From NCBI GenBank assembly GCA_038213375.1, contig JBBQTB010000013.1:19963-83962 (forward strand): a stretch of DNA of 64,000 bases. The letters are read 5' to 3'. Shown here piece by piece: positions 9,513 to 19,742 of the stretch. The translations under genes were made by a program, and so were the position numbers. The first letter of the stretch is position 1. Every line of letters starts with the position of its first letter. The notes beneath the pieces were generated by a model. It was not told where the DNA came from and did not search any database. It saw nothing but the letters and a program-made list of their open reading frames with translations. This stretch comes from Bacteroidales bacterium. Its GTDB lineage: Bacteria > Bacteroidota > Bacteroidia > Bacteroidales > JAAUTT01.

Positions 9513-10373
9513 ATGACAGCTGAATTTAAAAAAATATTGGACGAAATTTACTTTTATGCAGGCGAGGCACAACATGAAGATATTAAAGAAGCCGAAACCG
9601 CCTTTATTGCCGGCAATATGCCTGTATATTTTGATTTAAACATAAATATTCAACTTGCGGATGTGTGCTGGGCCCTCGAAAAGTGGGACGAAGCAAAGCA
9701 ATGGTACGAGCACAATGCTCAGTTAATGATGAAAAGACGCATGTGGCATCTTAAATTTAGTGAACCAGATTACCCCTTGGATATCAACGCCGATTGGGAA
9801 GCTGCTACCCTTGTAAAAGCCGGACATCATAATTCCGCAACGGAATCCATTGAAAAAGCACTCTCGTATTGGGCACTACAACCATCTTCCCAAGAAATCA
9901 TTATACAGCTTGCATTACATGCTGCACAAATTGGCTTAAAAAATTTGGCAGAAAATACCATTCTTAACCTAAAGGATAATAATGGCAATGCGGTTAACGA
10001 ACTAGAATTACAATTTGTAAAATTGGAAATTTTACTTTTAATGCAACAATGGACCGAATTCCATGATTCTTTAAAACCTTTTCAGGAAGCAGTTCGGCAA
10101 TACCGAAATAAAGATCTGTCGGATGATTCCATTCTTCAATCGCTATTCGAGGTGTCGTCGGGATTTGATGCATTGGATTCACTTCGTGTAAGCCCAATGG
10201 ATGATAAGACTTTGGTCGAAAAAGCCAAATTTTCTTTTGAAAATGCTATGTTTCATTTTTATAATTACACTGGGTATGTTGGTGGCTATGTATATTTTAT
10301 GCGCTTAAATGCTCGGATTGCGGAAGAATATTGGGGTAAAAAAGTACTCCAAAATACATTATCAATTAAGTAA
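9513..10373 (+). CDS. hypothetical helical (TPR-like) protein between eCIS cargo and ATPase
   Basis: 286-aa ORF starting 7 nt after the preceding stop. Its composition is Trp/Ala/Leu-rich and helical (CWALEKWDEAKQWYEHNAQL). No catalytic motif was recognised. Confidence 0.55.
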   Translation: MTAEFKKILDEIYFYAGEAQHEDIKEAETAFIAGNMPVYFDLNINIQLADVCWALEKWDEAKQWYEHNAQLMMKRRMWHLKFSEPDYPLDINADWEAATLVKAGHHNSATESIEKALSYWALQPSSQEIIIQLALHAAQIGLKNLAENTILNLKDNNGNAVNELELQFVKLEILLLMQQWTEFHDSLKPFQEAVRQYRNKDLSDDSILQSLFEVSSGFDALDSLRVSPMDDKTLVEKAKFSFENAMFHFYNYTGYVGGYVYFMRLNARIAEEYWGKKVLQNTLSIK

Positions 10374-10437
10374 TGAGTTGACGAAAAAGTTAAATTAGTG
10401 ATTGGCATGAAATTAATTTATTACTAAAAATTTTAAA

Positions 10438-11904
10438 ATGAATAATATAACATGGTTTTGGCAACAAAAGGATAAAGCAGCAGGGACAAAATCTAACCAA
10501 AACGATGTTCAAAAAATGGAAACTATGGATGAACCTTTTACAATGGGCAAAGGTACCAAAGATGAAGAGAACCATCAGGGAATATCACTATTGAGCGGAC
10601 CTGCAGAATTTCAATACCTTGGTAATCTTATTCTTTTTCGTCTGGATGATTCGTTTCATAGTAATCATATTCGGGTTGCCCCAGGTATGCCAGCGCTTGA
10701 ACAATGGAGTTTGCCGATGAAAGATTTTATTCGCACCGAAAACCTCACTTCCGTGGAAGCAACCTTATTATTAATTGCGCTGGTTCCGCATCTTCAACCG
10801 CATCTTTTCGATACTTTTATCGAAAGTCGACTTCCTGATCCTGGAAATTTCCCCAAAATAGGCGGAATGCGCGGAAAGAATGCACGTAATTTTTTACCCA
10901 CAGGCGAAACTGCTCTTTATCTTCTGGGTGGTGAAGATCTGGAATCCCGTCTCAAAGTTCAACAACTGTTTGATGCTGATCATCTGTTCAGTCGAAAAAA
11001 AATTTTGTGGATTGAAGAGTTACCTATGGGCGAGCCTGCTATGAGTGGTCGCATCATCATCTCGCAGGAATATGTTGATTTATTTGCTTCAAACCGTATT
11101 TCGAAACCTCATTTTGGATCCGGATTTCCGGCAGAGCCATTGGAGACCAAGCAGGAATGGGACGATCTTGTGTTGCCGCCCGAAACAATGCAGCAAATTG
11201 AAGAATTGGAAATGTGGATTTTACATGGAAATACGCTGCTCTACGAATTAAACATGATAAAAAAATTAAAACCTGGTTATAGGGTGTTGTTTCATGGACC
11301 ATCCGGTACCGGGAAAACAATGACAGCATCTCTGCTGGCACGGAAAACCGGCAGAAGCGCTTTCCGGATTGATTTGTCTATGATTGTTTCCAAATATATT
11401 GGAGAAACCGAAAAAAATCTGGCCAATCTTTTTGATAGAGCAGAAAACAAAGATTGGATTTTATTTTTTGATGAAGCTGATGCCTTATTCGGAAAGCGAA
11501 CCAGTGTGCGCGATGCCCATGATAAATATGCCAATCAGGAGGTGTCGTACCTGCTGCAACGAGTGGAGAATTATGCAGGTCTGGTTATTTTGGCGACTAA
11601 TTTCCGAAACAATATCGATGAGGCCTTTTCTCGTCGGTTTCAAAGTCAGATTTATTTTCCAATACCCCAATACAATGAGCGGTTAACACTTTGGCAAAAG
11701 GCATTTCCGGTGAAAATGTCGCTTGATAATCAAACCGAATTAAATTTATTGGCACGTCAATATGAGCTCAATGGAGCCAACATTATGAATTGTGTTCAGT
11801 ATGCGTGTTTGCAGGCTCTATTTAAAAATGAGCGTATTGTTCGTTACAAGGATATTTTGGAAGGCATTCGTAAAGAATTTCATAAAGATGGTAAAATTTT
11901 TTAA
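10438..11904 (+). CDS. AAA+ ATPase, eCIS Afp15-like
   Basis: 488 aa. Walker A is GPSGTGKT and Walker B is ILFFDEADALF, with a second-region-of-homology-like segment ATNFRNNIDEAFSRRF. A roughly 250-aa N-terminal non-ATPase domain is present, as in CIS-associated ATPases. Confidence 0.8.
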   Translation: MNNITWFWQQKDKAAGTKSNQNDVQKMETMDEPFTMGKGTKDEENHQGISLLSGPAEFQYLGNLILFRLDDSFHSNHIRVAPGMPALEQWSLPMKDFIRTENLTSVEATLLLIALVPHLQPHLFDTFIESRLPDPGNFPKIGGMRGKNARNFLPTGETALYLLGGEDLESRLKVQQLFDADHLFSRKKILWIEELPMGEPAMSGRIIISQEYVDLFASNRISKPHFGSGFPAEPLETKQEWDDLVLPPETMQQIEELEMWILHGNTLLYELNMIKKLKPGYRVLFHGPSGTGKTMTASLLARKTGRSAFRIDLSMIVSKYIGETEKNLANLFDRAENKDWILFFDEADALFGKRTSVRDAHDKYANQEVSYLLQRVENYAGLVILATNFRNNIDEAFSRRFQSQIYFPIPQYNERLTLWQKAFPVKMSLDNQTELNLLARQYELNGANIMNCVQYACLQALFKNERIVRYKDILEGIRKEFHKDGKIF

Positions 11905-12105
11905 GCGCTTCGTCAAATAAAATCGATGGTAAACGCAATTTTCATTTTCTTTATTATATTAAATCTAAATAAAAATAACGTTCTAAATGAGGGAGAATTA
12001 AACCATAATATTTATCAGTTGTTTAATTCATCTAGGTGCAAATAATTCAGAACAAACCATCAGATCCGGCGATATAAATCAACCCTAAATGGTAAAATTA
12101 TCCGC

Positions 12106-13557
12106 ATGAAAAATCTGATTCGACTGGTAAATACCCTTAAGACGAAAGAAATTCAATTGTTACGGCAGATGTATATTAGTTACTTTCGGGAAACTTCCAA
12201 AGAATATATGGGATTAAAACTTCTAAATTCGATTATTAAAAATAAGATTCAAAATAATAAAGAAGCCACTCAATTGATTTGTCCCGGTAAGCACAATTCA
12301 ATCGTTAGTCAGGTGAAAAAAAAGTTGGAAAGCGATATCTTAAACATCATGTTACTTTCGACACTGATCGAAGAAAAGGATGATGAAAAGAAACAATCCT
12401 TTGCATGTCATAAAAATTTACTTTTAGGCAAAATGCTAATCGACAGAGGATTAACTGACGAGGCTGTGACTATTCTTCTTAATACCTCGCAGCAAGCAGA
12501 AAAATCGGAATTGCATGATGTTAAAATAAATTGCGACAATATATTACATTCTGTTTATTACGGCGATACATACAGTATTACTCGCATAATCCATAAAACC
12601 AATATGGGAAATACCATTGAACAATATAGTAACGTATTACATGCAAGGTTTATCAACCAACCATTCATGTACGGACAATCCGTTTATCAACCGGATACAG
12701 CCACAGATTACAACACAGGTAATTTAATGATAGAGATGCAAAAATCCAATTCCAGAAAGGCTGTATATTGGTATAACATGGGTATTATTCATTATTATAT
12801 TCAACAAAATGATCACAAACATGCACTCAGTGCTTCATTGGATTTGTTAAATAACAAAAACCTTCAGAATGATATCGCTTCAGCAGATGAACGCAATGAA
12901 TTATATTTACAGATGGCTCGGATATTCATTTATCTGAATGATTTTCATCATGCAATTGATGCCGCAAAATTATGCATTAATGACATGCCTGCGAGATTAT
13001 CAGGCATTACCTTACCCTTTCAATTGCTTTTCAGATGTTATCTGCGGTTAAATGAATTCGATATGGCTGCAAATGCGATCGAAAAAGCATTCTCCTCGAA
13101 TCAAAACAAAAACAATGGTTATTTTAGCGTTTGGTATTTATTTAAAGCAGGAATGTTATTTCTCGATAACCGTTATAAAGATGCTTGCCGGTTGCTTATT
13201 GCTAACGAACAAAGTTTCAATAGCAACTTATCCCAAAAAACGTATGCAATGTTGTTTGAGCTTATAAATCTGTTAGAAACCGGCGATTTTCATTGGTTCG
13301 ATTATAAGTATGAGTCGTTTCGAAAAAGGTTACAACGTTATACACTAAGTGATGCGGATCGCTTGTATCAACTTTATCAGATGATTAGTATTGTAAAACG
13401 CAATAATTATCAGTATAAAATAGACAATGCCGTATTGGCAAATTCATTTCGGAAATGCTCTAATAGTAAATGGGATCCCTTGGGAAATGAAATTATTAAC
13501 CTTAGCGACTGGATCTATAATCGTGTAGGATTGCCTCTTACCAATAGCATGGCTTAA
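12106..13557 (+). CDS. hypothetical helical-repeat (TPR-like) protein
   Basis: 483-aa ORF with an all-helical composition and no recognisable catalytic motif. It lies 200 nt downstream of the eCIS ATPase on the same strand. Confidence 0.5.
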   Translation: MKNLIRLVNTLKTKEIQLLRQMYISYFRETSKEYMGLKLLNSIIKNKIQNNKEATQLICPGKHNSIVSQVKKKLESDILNIMLLSTLIEEKDDEKKQSFACHKNLLLGKMLIDRGLTDEAVTILLNTSQQAEKSELHDVKINCDNILHSVYYGDTYSITRIIHKTNMGNTIEQYSNVLHARFINQPFMYGQSVYQPDTATDYNTGNLMIEMQKSNSRKAVYWYNMGIIHYYIQQNDHKHALSASLDLLNNKNLQNDIASADERNELYLQMARIFIYLNDFHHAIDAAKLCINDMPARLSGITLPFQLLFRCYLRLNEFDMAANAIEKAFSSNQNKNNGYFSVWYLFKAGMLFLDNRYKDACRLLIANEQSFNSNLSQKTYAMLFELINLLETGDFHWFDYKYESFRKRLQRYTLSDADRLYQLYQMISIVKRNNYQYKIDNAVLANSFRKCSNSKWDPLGNEIINLSDWIYNRVGLPLTNSMA

Positions 13558-14116
13558 ATTTAATTGGGTTGAATACTTTTATTTTAGCACGAAAAAACTT
13601 AGGTAAACCCCTAAGATATAGTTTCTCAAATTAAACCAAACAGCATTGCACATCAATTCCTTACCAATCGAAAAAAACATTTATTACAGAGGAAAGGATT
13701 ATGGGAATTTTTTTCTGCCTGAAACGTTTGCCGAAATTGAACGCTACCTAAATGATTTGTTACAAATTGACCGACTGGAACAGTCCAAAATTTGGATTGA
13801 CATGATGACCGACATAGCATTACAAACATTTTATCAGGCAAATCAATTTATCGACGTTAGGGAACAGCATATTGAGGAGTAAGGTGTTTATATGTTTTAT
13901 TATGGAAAAATATTGTGATTGAGCAAAAAAAAGAATCTATCGATTTTAAAAAGTTGCAAAAAGAACACCTTATTGGGTTAAAGAGGTAGCAACTGAACTT
14001 TGAGAACGTGTGAAAGTGATAAAAATCGTTTACCAAATGATGGATGGCATTACCGGTTGGAATCAAAACGAATTACATTTAGCAAAATAACATATACTAT
14101 ACTTATAATTAAGACA

Positions 14117-14503
14117 ATGGAATATTTTTTTAGTAAAATTTTACATACTAATTTTGACGATGCCAAAACTAAAGTTATTGAAGCCCTGAAAACGGATGGG
14201 TTTGGAATAATAAACATGATTGATATGCAATCGAATTTAAAGGAAAAATTGGATGTCGATTTCAAAAAATACCATATTTTGTGAAAATGCAACCCTGCAT
14301 TTGCTAATAAAGCTCTGCAATCGGAAGAAAAAATAGGCGTAATGTTACCTTGCAATATCCTTGTTATTGATAGATAAGATAAAACCATCGATATATCAAC
14401 CGTCAATCCTATCGCTTCAATGATGGCAATTAAAAATCCGGCACTAGAACCACTAGCCAATGAGGTAACCTAAAAATTAAAAAGGGTTATTGAACTTTTG
14501 TAA
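14117..14503 (+). pseudogene. DUF302 family gene inactivated by three in-frame stop codons
   Basis: A single frame reads MEYFFSKIL...KKYHIL*KCNPAFANKALQSEEKIGVMLPCNILVIDR*DKTIDISTVNPIASMMAIKNPALEPLANEVT*KLKRVIELL*. Internal stops are TGA 14282-84, TAA 14375-77 and TAA 14471-73. The family motifs (CNP, LPCN) lie downstream of the first stop. Confidence 0.75.
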
Positions 14504-14735
14504 TAGTTAAATTTGATAGTCTTTTAGGGTCTCTTCGGTAATGGATATTATGGAACAAAGGAGTTTGCCAATTGAAATAAACCATGAGACAAGAAATAAG
14601 CTTGTTCTATTGTAATGCTGTCAAATATTGATTTAAAAATTGCACTTTCCTTACAAACGGAACGCCTTACAAAAGACCAGCTTATTTTGTAATGTGCGAA
14701 TTCTTGTGTATTATTATGTTGTCATAACCCTTTGT

Positions 14736-15884
14736 ATGCAACAAAAAGAAGATCCTTCTTATACCGATTTGTTCGTTTCGTTCTTTTGGATCGGGCTTAC
14801 TGCCTTTGGTGGCCTTGCCATGACAGCGCATATCCGAAAATATGTAGTGGATAAAAAACAATGGCTTGACTCGAACACTTTCGATTCTGGTCTTGCCCTA
14901 TGTCAGGTTATTCCGGGAGCAATTGTAATGCAGTTGGCAGCATATATTGGCTTGAAATTAAAGGGTATCCGTGGAGCTGTGGTAACTTTTGTTGCGTTTG
15001 GCTTTCCGGCTTTCATCATCATGTTTATTCTTTCGGTTCTCTATAAGCATTCTAAAAACATTACCGGGGTTGAATTGGTGTTAGGCGGGTTAAGGGTAAT
15101 TATAATAGCTATAGTTGCTAATGCAGTATATATCTTCGGAAAGAAAAATCTTCACAATATCAATGATTGGGTAATTGTAATTATTGCATCCGCACTATTT
15201 CTTACCAAATTGCATCCGGCTCTGGTGCTAGTTATTTCTGGTTTATTAGGTTTGGCATTCTCCAAAAAGATTATCATTCAACCTGAAAAACGAGTTAGAA
15301 TACGAACCTTTCGATTTTTTCTAATATTATTGCTGATAGTGACTGCTTTTGCAGGTATCTTATTCTTTGTGAATAAAGAATATTTTACACTTGCGACAAT
15401 TATGCTGCATATTGATCTATTTTCGTTTGGCGGAGGCTTGGCTGCGATGCCTATTATGTATCACGAGTTGGTAGACTTATTCGGATGGTTTGACGAAAAA
15501 ACATTCATGGATGGCGTTATTCTGGGTCAGGTAACACCAGGCTCAATCATTATCGCTGCCACGTTTTTCGGGTATATGCACTTCGGTGTTTTAGGAAGTA
15601 TACTTGCCACATTTTGCGTGTTTACCCCGTCGTTCCTTATCCTGATGGGTGTCATACCCTTTTTCGACAAACTTAGGTCTTATTCTCAATTCAATAAGGT
15701 AATAAATGGAATTCTTTGCTCATTCGTGGGGCTCCTTACTATAATTACATATCGCTTTACCATCGGTATTCATTGGAATTTCATCAATATATTATTCACA
15801 CTGGTTGCTTTCGTATTGCTAGTGCGAGAAGTGAATGTTATTTGGGTAATATCAGCGGGTATTTTAATATCATTGATAGTATAA
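14736..15884 (+). CDS. chrA: chromate transporter (CHR family, two-domain)
   Basis: Has FFWIGLTAFGGLAMTAHIRKYVVDKKQWLD and a second CHR repeat SFGGGLAAMPIMYHELV...GQVTPGS. It is polytopic. The ATG at 14736 is preferred over the upstream TTG at 14640. Confidence 0.85.
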   Translation: MQQKEDPSYTDLFVSFFWIGLTAFGGLAMTAHIRKYVVDKKQWLDSNTFDSGLALCQVIPGAIVMQLAAYIGLKLKGIRGAVVTFVAFGFPAFIIMFILSVLYKHSKNITGVELVLGGLRVIIIAIVANAVYIFGKKNLHNINDWVIVIIASALFLTKLHPALVLVISGLLGLAFSKKIIIQPEKRVRIRTFRFFLILLLIVTAFAGILFFVNKEYFTLATIMLHIDLFSFGGGLAAMPIMYHELVDLFGWFDEKTFMDGVILGQVTPGSIIIAATFFGYMHFGVLGSILATFCVFTPSFLILMGVIPFFDKLRSYSQFNKVINGILCSFVGLLTIITYRFTIGIHWNFINILFTLVAFVLLVREVNVIWVISAGILISLIV

Positions 15885-15923
15885 CCTTGCTTAAAAAGAT
15901 GATTTATTGTTAAGTAAATAACA

Positions 15924-18900
15924 CTAATTTAATTTAAAATCAATCTCTTCCCGCATCTTTAAATATGAAAGTAATTCGTCGGTTAAATCAATTCGTTGTC
16001 CACGCGAGTGCATGTCTACAGCAATATTTTCCTCTCTGTCAATAATTTTGAATTTAAGTTCTACCTTCCCTTTGGTATTGTCGGTATGCGCTTTAAGCTC
16101 AGTTATCAACTCGTCTGTAACCAATTGCACCGGAACTACGATAGAGATACTTTTTACCATTTCCTCTCTTATATTAGCAAGCATATTAATTGATTTCATC
16201 TTAATTTCAAGTTCATTGTCACCAAAAGGTCTGGGCTGAACTTTCGCTTTAAAATAAAGGGCATAACCCAGAATACAATATTTGCTATAGTCGACCCAAT
16301 CGTTTGAAAAAAACATTATTTTGTGTGAATCAGTATAATCTTCAATAGTTATAGATCCATAAGGTTTATTGGTTTTGGTTATACCCGAACGAACCTCAGT
16401 GATGATTCCGGCAAACGAGATATCACGACCATTTAATTCCGGCAGGTGTTTTAATTCAGATAGAGTATTAGAACTAAAATGATCTATTTCAATCCGATAG
16501 CTATCTAGTGGATGAGCCGAAAGATATATGCCCACCAGTTCCTTTTCTTTATTCAGCTTTTCCAGATTGTTCCAATCCTCACAGTTTGGTGCATCGGGTT
16601 TGGAAACATCAACCTGCATATTTCCACCCATTCCGCCAAATAGAGTGTTAGCTGTGCTGGCTTTATCATTTTTTAATTTGGTGCCATATCGTATCATATT
16701 TTCCAAAAAACTAATTCCTTTGTCGTCAGTAGCAAAAAATTGAGAGCGGCGAATTCCAAAACCGTCAATAGCGCCAGCCACAACAATATTTTCAAAACTT
16801 TTGCGATTAACCGACGATAAATTTACGCGCTCCACAAAGTTATACACATCGGTAAATGGGCCATTTTTATCACGTTCCTCAATGATGGCAATTACGGCTC
16901 CTTCTCCTACTCCTTTGATTGCACCTAAACCGAAACGAATATTACCTTGTTTATTCACAGTAAAGGCCATATAACTCTCGTTAACATCAGGACCTAGTAC
17001 CTGACGTCCCATGCGTTTGCACTCGTCCATGAAAAAAGTAATTTTTTCGATGTTGCTGGCATTGTTTAGCACCGAGGCCATGTATTCGGCCGGATAATGT
17101 GCTTTAAGATAGGCTGTTTGATAAGCTACAAAACCATAACAAGTGGAATGCGATTTATTGAAAGCATAGGATGCAAAAGCTTCCCAGTCAGTCCATATTT
17201 TTTCGAGCTTCGCGGGATCGTGACCCTTTTTGTTTGCATTTTCAATAAACTGAGGTTTCAGCTTATCAAGCGTTTTCTTGTCCTTTTTCCCCATTGCTTT
17301 ACGCAAAATATCTGCATCCCCTTTCGTAAATCCGGCAAGTTTCTGCGAAAGCAACATCACCTGCTCCTGATAAACCGTAATACCATAAGTATCCTTCAGG
17401 TATTCCTCCATATCGGGCACATCGTAGGTAACAGCTTCTCTACCATGTTTACGGGCGATAAAGTTGGGGATATATTCGATAGGTCCCGGACGATACAAGG
17501 CATTCATAGCTATAAGATCGTCGAACTTATCGGGTTTTAGTTCGCGAAGGTATTTTTGCATCCCAGGACTTTCAAACTGGAAGGTGCCATTTGTTTCACC
17601 TTTTTGATATAAATCAAATGTTGCGGCATCGTCGAGAGGTATCGTGTCAATATCAATATCAATTCCATAATTAAGCTTAATTAACCTCAAAGCCCCTTTG
17701 ATGATGGTAAGGGTTTTCAAGCCAAGGAAGTCCATCTTTATAACCCCAGCTTCTTCAATTACCTTGCCTTCAAACTGAGTTACTAACAGATCCGAATCTT
17801 TGGCCGTTGCCATAGGCACTATGTCGGTAAGATCGCTAGGTGCAATAATGATACCTGCAGCATGAACTCCGGTATTTCGCACTGAACCTTCGAGCAACCG
17901 GGCAGCCCGCAAAACCTGAGCTGGAAGATCGTTTCCTTTTATTATTTCGCGTAGGCGTTTAACGTTCACTATTTCGTCCGGGTTCAGACCTTCTTTTTCC
18001 TTAAGGCTTTTATCACCGTCAAGGGGGGCATCAAATATTCGTTTCAGGTCAATCCCCGGACTTTCCGGAACCAGTTTAGCCAATTCATTACTTTCATTCA
18101 GCGGAAGATCAAGTACCCTTGCAACATCCTTGATACTCATCTTGGCGGCCATAGTACCATAAGTAATAATTTGGGCTACCTGATTACGTCCATATTTCTG
18201 CGCCACGTATTCAATTACCTTCTGACGTCCTTCATCATCAAAGTCAGTATCAATATCGGGCAAGCTCTTACGGTCGGGATTTAAAAACCGTTCGAACAGG
18301 AGGTTATACTTGATAGGGTCAATATTTGTGATACTTATACAATAGGCTACTGCCGAACCAGCTGCGGAACCACGGCCTGGACCAATAAAAACTCCAAGGT
18401 CGCGACCGGCTCTGATAAAGTCCATTACAATAAGAAAATAACCAGCAAATCCCATTGTTTCAACAGTCTGTAGCTCAAAATTTAGCCTGTCTTCAATCTC
18501 AGAAGTTATTTCGCCATATCTGCGTTTAGCTCCTTCGAAGGTCAGATGCCGCAGATACTGATCCTGCGTGAGAAATTCAGGTGGAATAGGGAAATTTGGG
18601 AGCATCATGCTACGTCTTAAATCAAGTAGCTCTACTTTATCAACAATGTCGTTAGTATTATCAATGGCCTGAGGAAGGTCAGCGAATAATTTCGACATTT
18701 CCTGAGTGGTTTTAAAATAGAATTGATCGTTATAAAAACCAAACCGTGAGTTTTTATTACTAACCTCATCATCATCAAGGTATTCCTTAATTACCGGGGT
18801 ACTTTTCTTTTCTCCGGTATTGATACACAAAAGAATATCATGTGCGTTATAATCCGTAACATCAACATAATGGCTATCATTGCTGGCAATAATTTTAACG

Positions 18901-19532
18901 TTATATTTTTCGGCAAATTTCAGTAAAACCAGATTAACTTTGTCCTGGTCGGCAATCCCATGGCGTTGTAATTCAATGTAATAATTTTCTCCAAAAATGT
19001 CCAGCCACCATTTAAACTCTTTTTCACCCTCATCCTCACCTTTTTTCAAAATAGCTTTTGGAACGCTTGCCCCTAAACAGCAGGTTGTGGCGATAAGTCC
19101 TTCGTGATATTTTAAAATTAATTGCTTGTCAATTCGTGGATATTTACCGTACAAACCCTCAATATAACCTAAGGAACAAAGTTTTATAAGGTTACGATAA
19201 CCAACATCATTTTTTGCAAGAAATATCTGATGAAAACGCTTATCTTTTTCCGTTTTGGTAAAACTATGTCTGGTGCGGTCTTCCACCAGATAAAATTCGC
19301 AACCTACAATGGGTTTAACTTTCAGTCTCTTGTCGTTTTTATCATCCGGATTCAACTTATGCTTATATGCTTCCGCAACAAACTCAAAAGCTCCGAACAT
19401 GTTTCCATGATCGGTAATTGCCAGAGCCGGCATTCCATCATTAATTGCTTTTTTATAAAGGTTTTTAATGTCGGCAGCACCATCGAGCAGCGAAAACTGA
19501 GTATGAACATGAAGGTGAGAAAATTTAGCCAT
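15924..19532 (-). CDS. dnaE: DNA polymerase III alpha subunit
   Basis: About 1200 aa. It has the PHP domain start FSHLHVHTQFSLLDGA, a polymerase core and an OB-fold C-terminus. The start was chosen at MAKFSHLH. Confidence 0.95.
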   Translation of the reverse strand: MAKFSHLHVHTQFSLLDGAADIKNLYKKAINDGMPALAITDHGNMFGAFEFVAEAYKHKLNPDDKNDKRLKVKPIVGCEFYLVEDRTRHSFTKTEKDKRFHQIFLAKNDVGYRNLIKLCSLGYIEGLYGKYPRIDKQLILKYHEGLIATTCCLGASVPKAILKKGEDEGEKEFKWWLDIFGENYYIELQRHGIADQDKVNLVLLKFAEKYNVKIIASNDSHYVDVTDYNAHDILLCINTGEKKSTPVIKEYLDDDEVSNKNSRFGFYNDQFYFKTTQEMSKLFADLPQAIDNTNDIVDKVELLDLRRSMMLPNFPIPPEFLTQDQYLRHLTFEGAKRRYGEITSEIEDRLNFELQTVETMGFAGYFLIVMDFIRAGRDLGVFIGPGRGSAAGSAVAYCISITNIDPIKYNLLFERFLNPDRKSLPDIDTDFDDEGRQKVIEYVAQKYGRNQVAQIITYGTMAAKMSIKDVARVLDLPLNESNELAKLVPESPGIDLKRIFDAPLDGDKSLKEKEGLNPDEIVNVKRLREIIKGNDLPAQVLRAARLLEGSVRNTGVHAAGIIIAPSDLTDIVPMATAKDSDLLVTQFEGKVIEEAGVIKMDFLGLKTLTIIKGALRLIKLNYGIDIDIDTIPLDDAATFDLYQKGETNGTFQFESPGMQKYLRELKPDKFDDLIAMNALYRPGPIEYIPNFIARKHGREAVTYDVPDMEEYLKDTYGITVYQEQVMLLSQKLAGFTKGDADILRKAMGKKDKKTLDKLKPQFIENANKKGHDPAKLEKIWTDWEAFASYAFNKSHSTCYGFVAYQTAYLKAHYPAEYMASVLNNASNIEKITFFMDECKRMGRQVLGPDVNESYMAFTVNKQGNIRFGLGAIKGVGEGAVIAIIEERDKNGPFTDVYNFVERVNLSSVNRKSFENIVVAGAIDGFGIRRSQFFATDDKGISFLENMIRYGTKLKNDKASTANTLFGGMGGNMQVDVSKPDAPNCEDWNNLEKLNKEKELVGIYLSAHPLDSYRIEIDHFSSNTLSELKHLPELNGRDISFAGIITEVRSGITKTNKPYGSITIEDYTDSHKIMFFSNDWVDYSKYCILGYALYFKAKVQPRPFGDNELEIKMKSINMLANIREEMVKSISIVVPVQLVTDELITELKAHTDNTKGKVELKFKIIDREENIAVDMHSRGQRIDLTDELLSYLKMREEIDFKLN

Positions 19533-19742
19533 AATTGTCGTGAATATTTGCATTCCAATAATTGACTACAAAGTTACAGATAATACAAATCGACATTCGG
19601 CATTGTTGATAAGAAGTTAAAAGTAAAAGAGAAAAATATTAATTCCTTCAAAAATCTCCTATCTTATTAATAATTAGGCAGAAATAATAAATATAATTTT
19701 CTTATCTTCACAGCGGAAAATGCTCAAAGATAGGACTTCATC

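Noticed and set aside
9513-10373. This 286-aa protein could be the Afp16-like tail terminator/cap, because its size is similar.
   Set aside because: The sequence looks all-helical and TPR-like rather than a terminator-type alpha/beta protein, and it precedes rather than follows the ATPase. It was left as hypothetical.
13646-14116. A 78-aa ORF (TTG start) and adjoining short ORF pieces between the TPR-like gene and the DUF302 pseudogene.
   Set aside because: There is no ATG start and no recognisable family. The downstream reading requires frame changes and stops. It is probably further gene debris, and the support is too weak to annotate as a CDS.
14282-14473. The in-frame TGA/TAA codons in the DUF302 gene could be evidence of an alternative genetic code, for example TGA read as Gly or Trp.
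   Set aside because: TGA clearly terminates well-conserved genes in the same window: topB at 22023-22025, the Prs-like gene at 29473-29475 and the first ORF at 1232-1234. TAA and TAG terminate most of the others. Standard code 11 fits, so decay is the simpler explanation.
17097-17540. A 147-aa ORF antisense to dnaE. Similar antisense or shadow ORFs occur at 14050-14460, 27910-28443, 42835-43290, 51958-52482, 3874-4486 and 22312-22710.
   Set aside because: All lie entirely inside strongly supported genes on the opposite strand or in another frame. They have odd, low-complexity compositions and no recognisable motifs.
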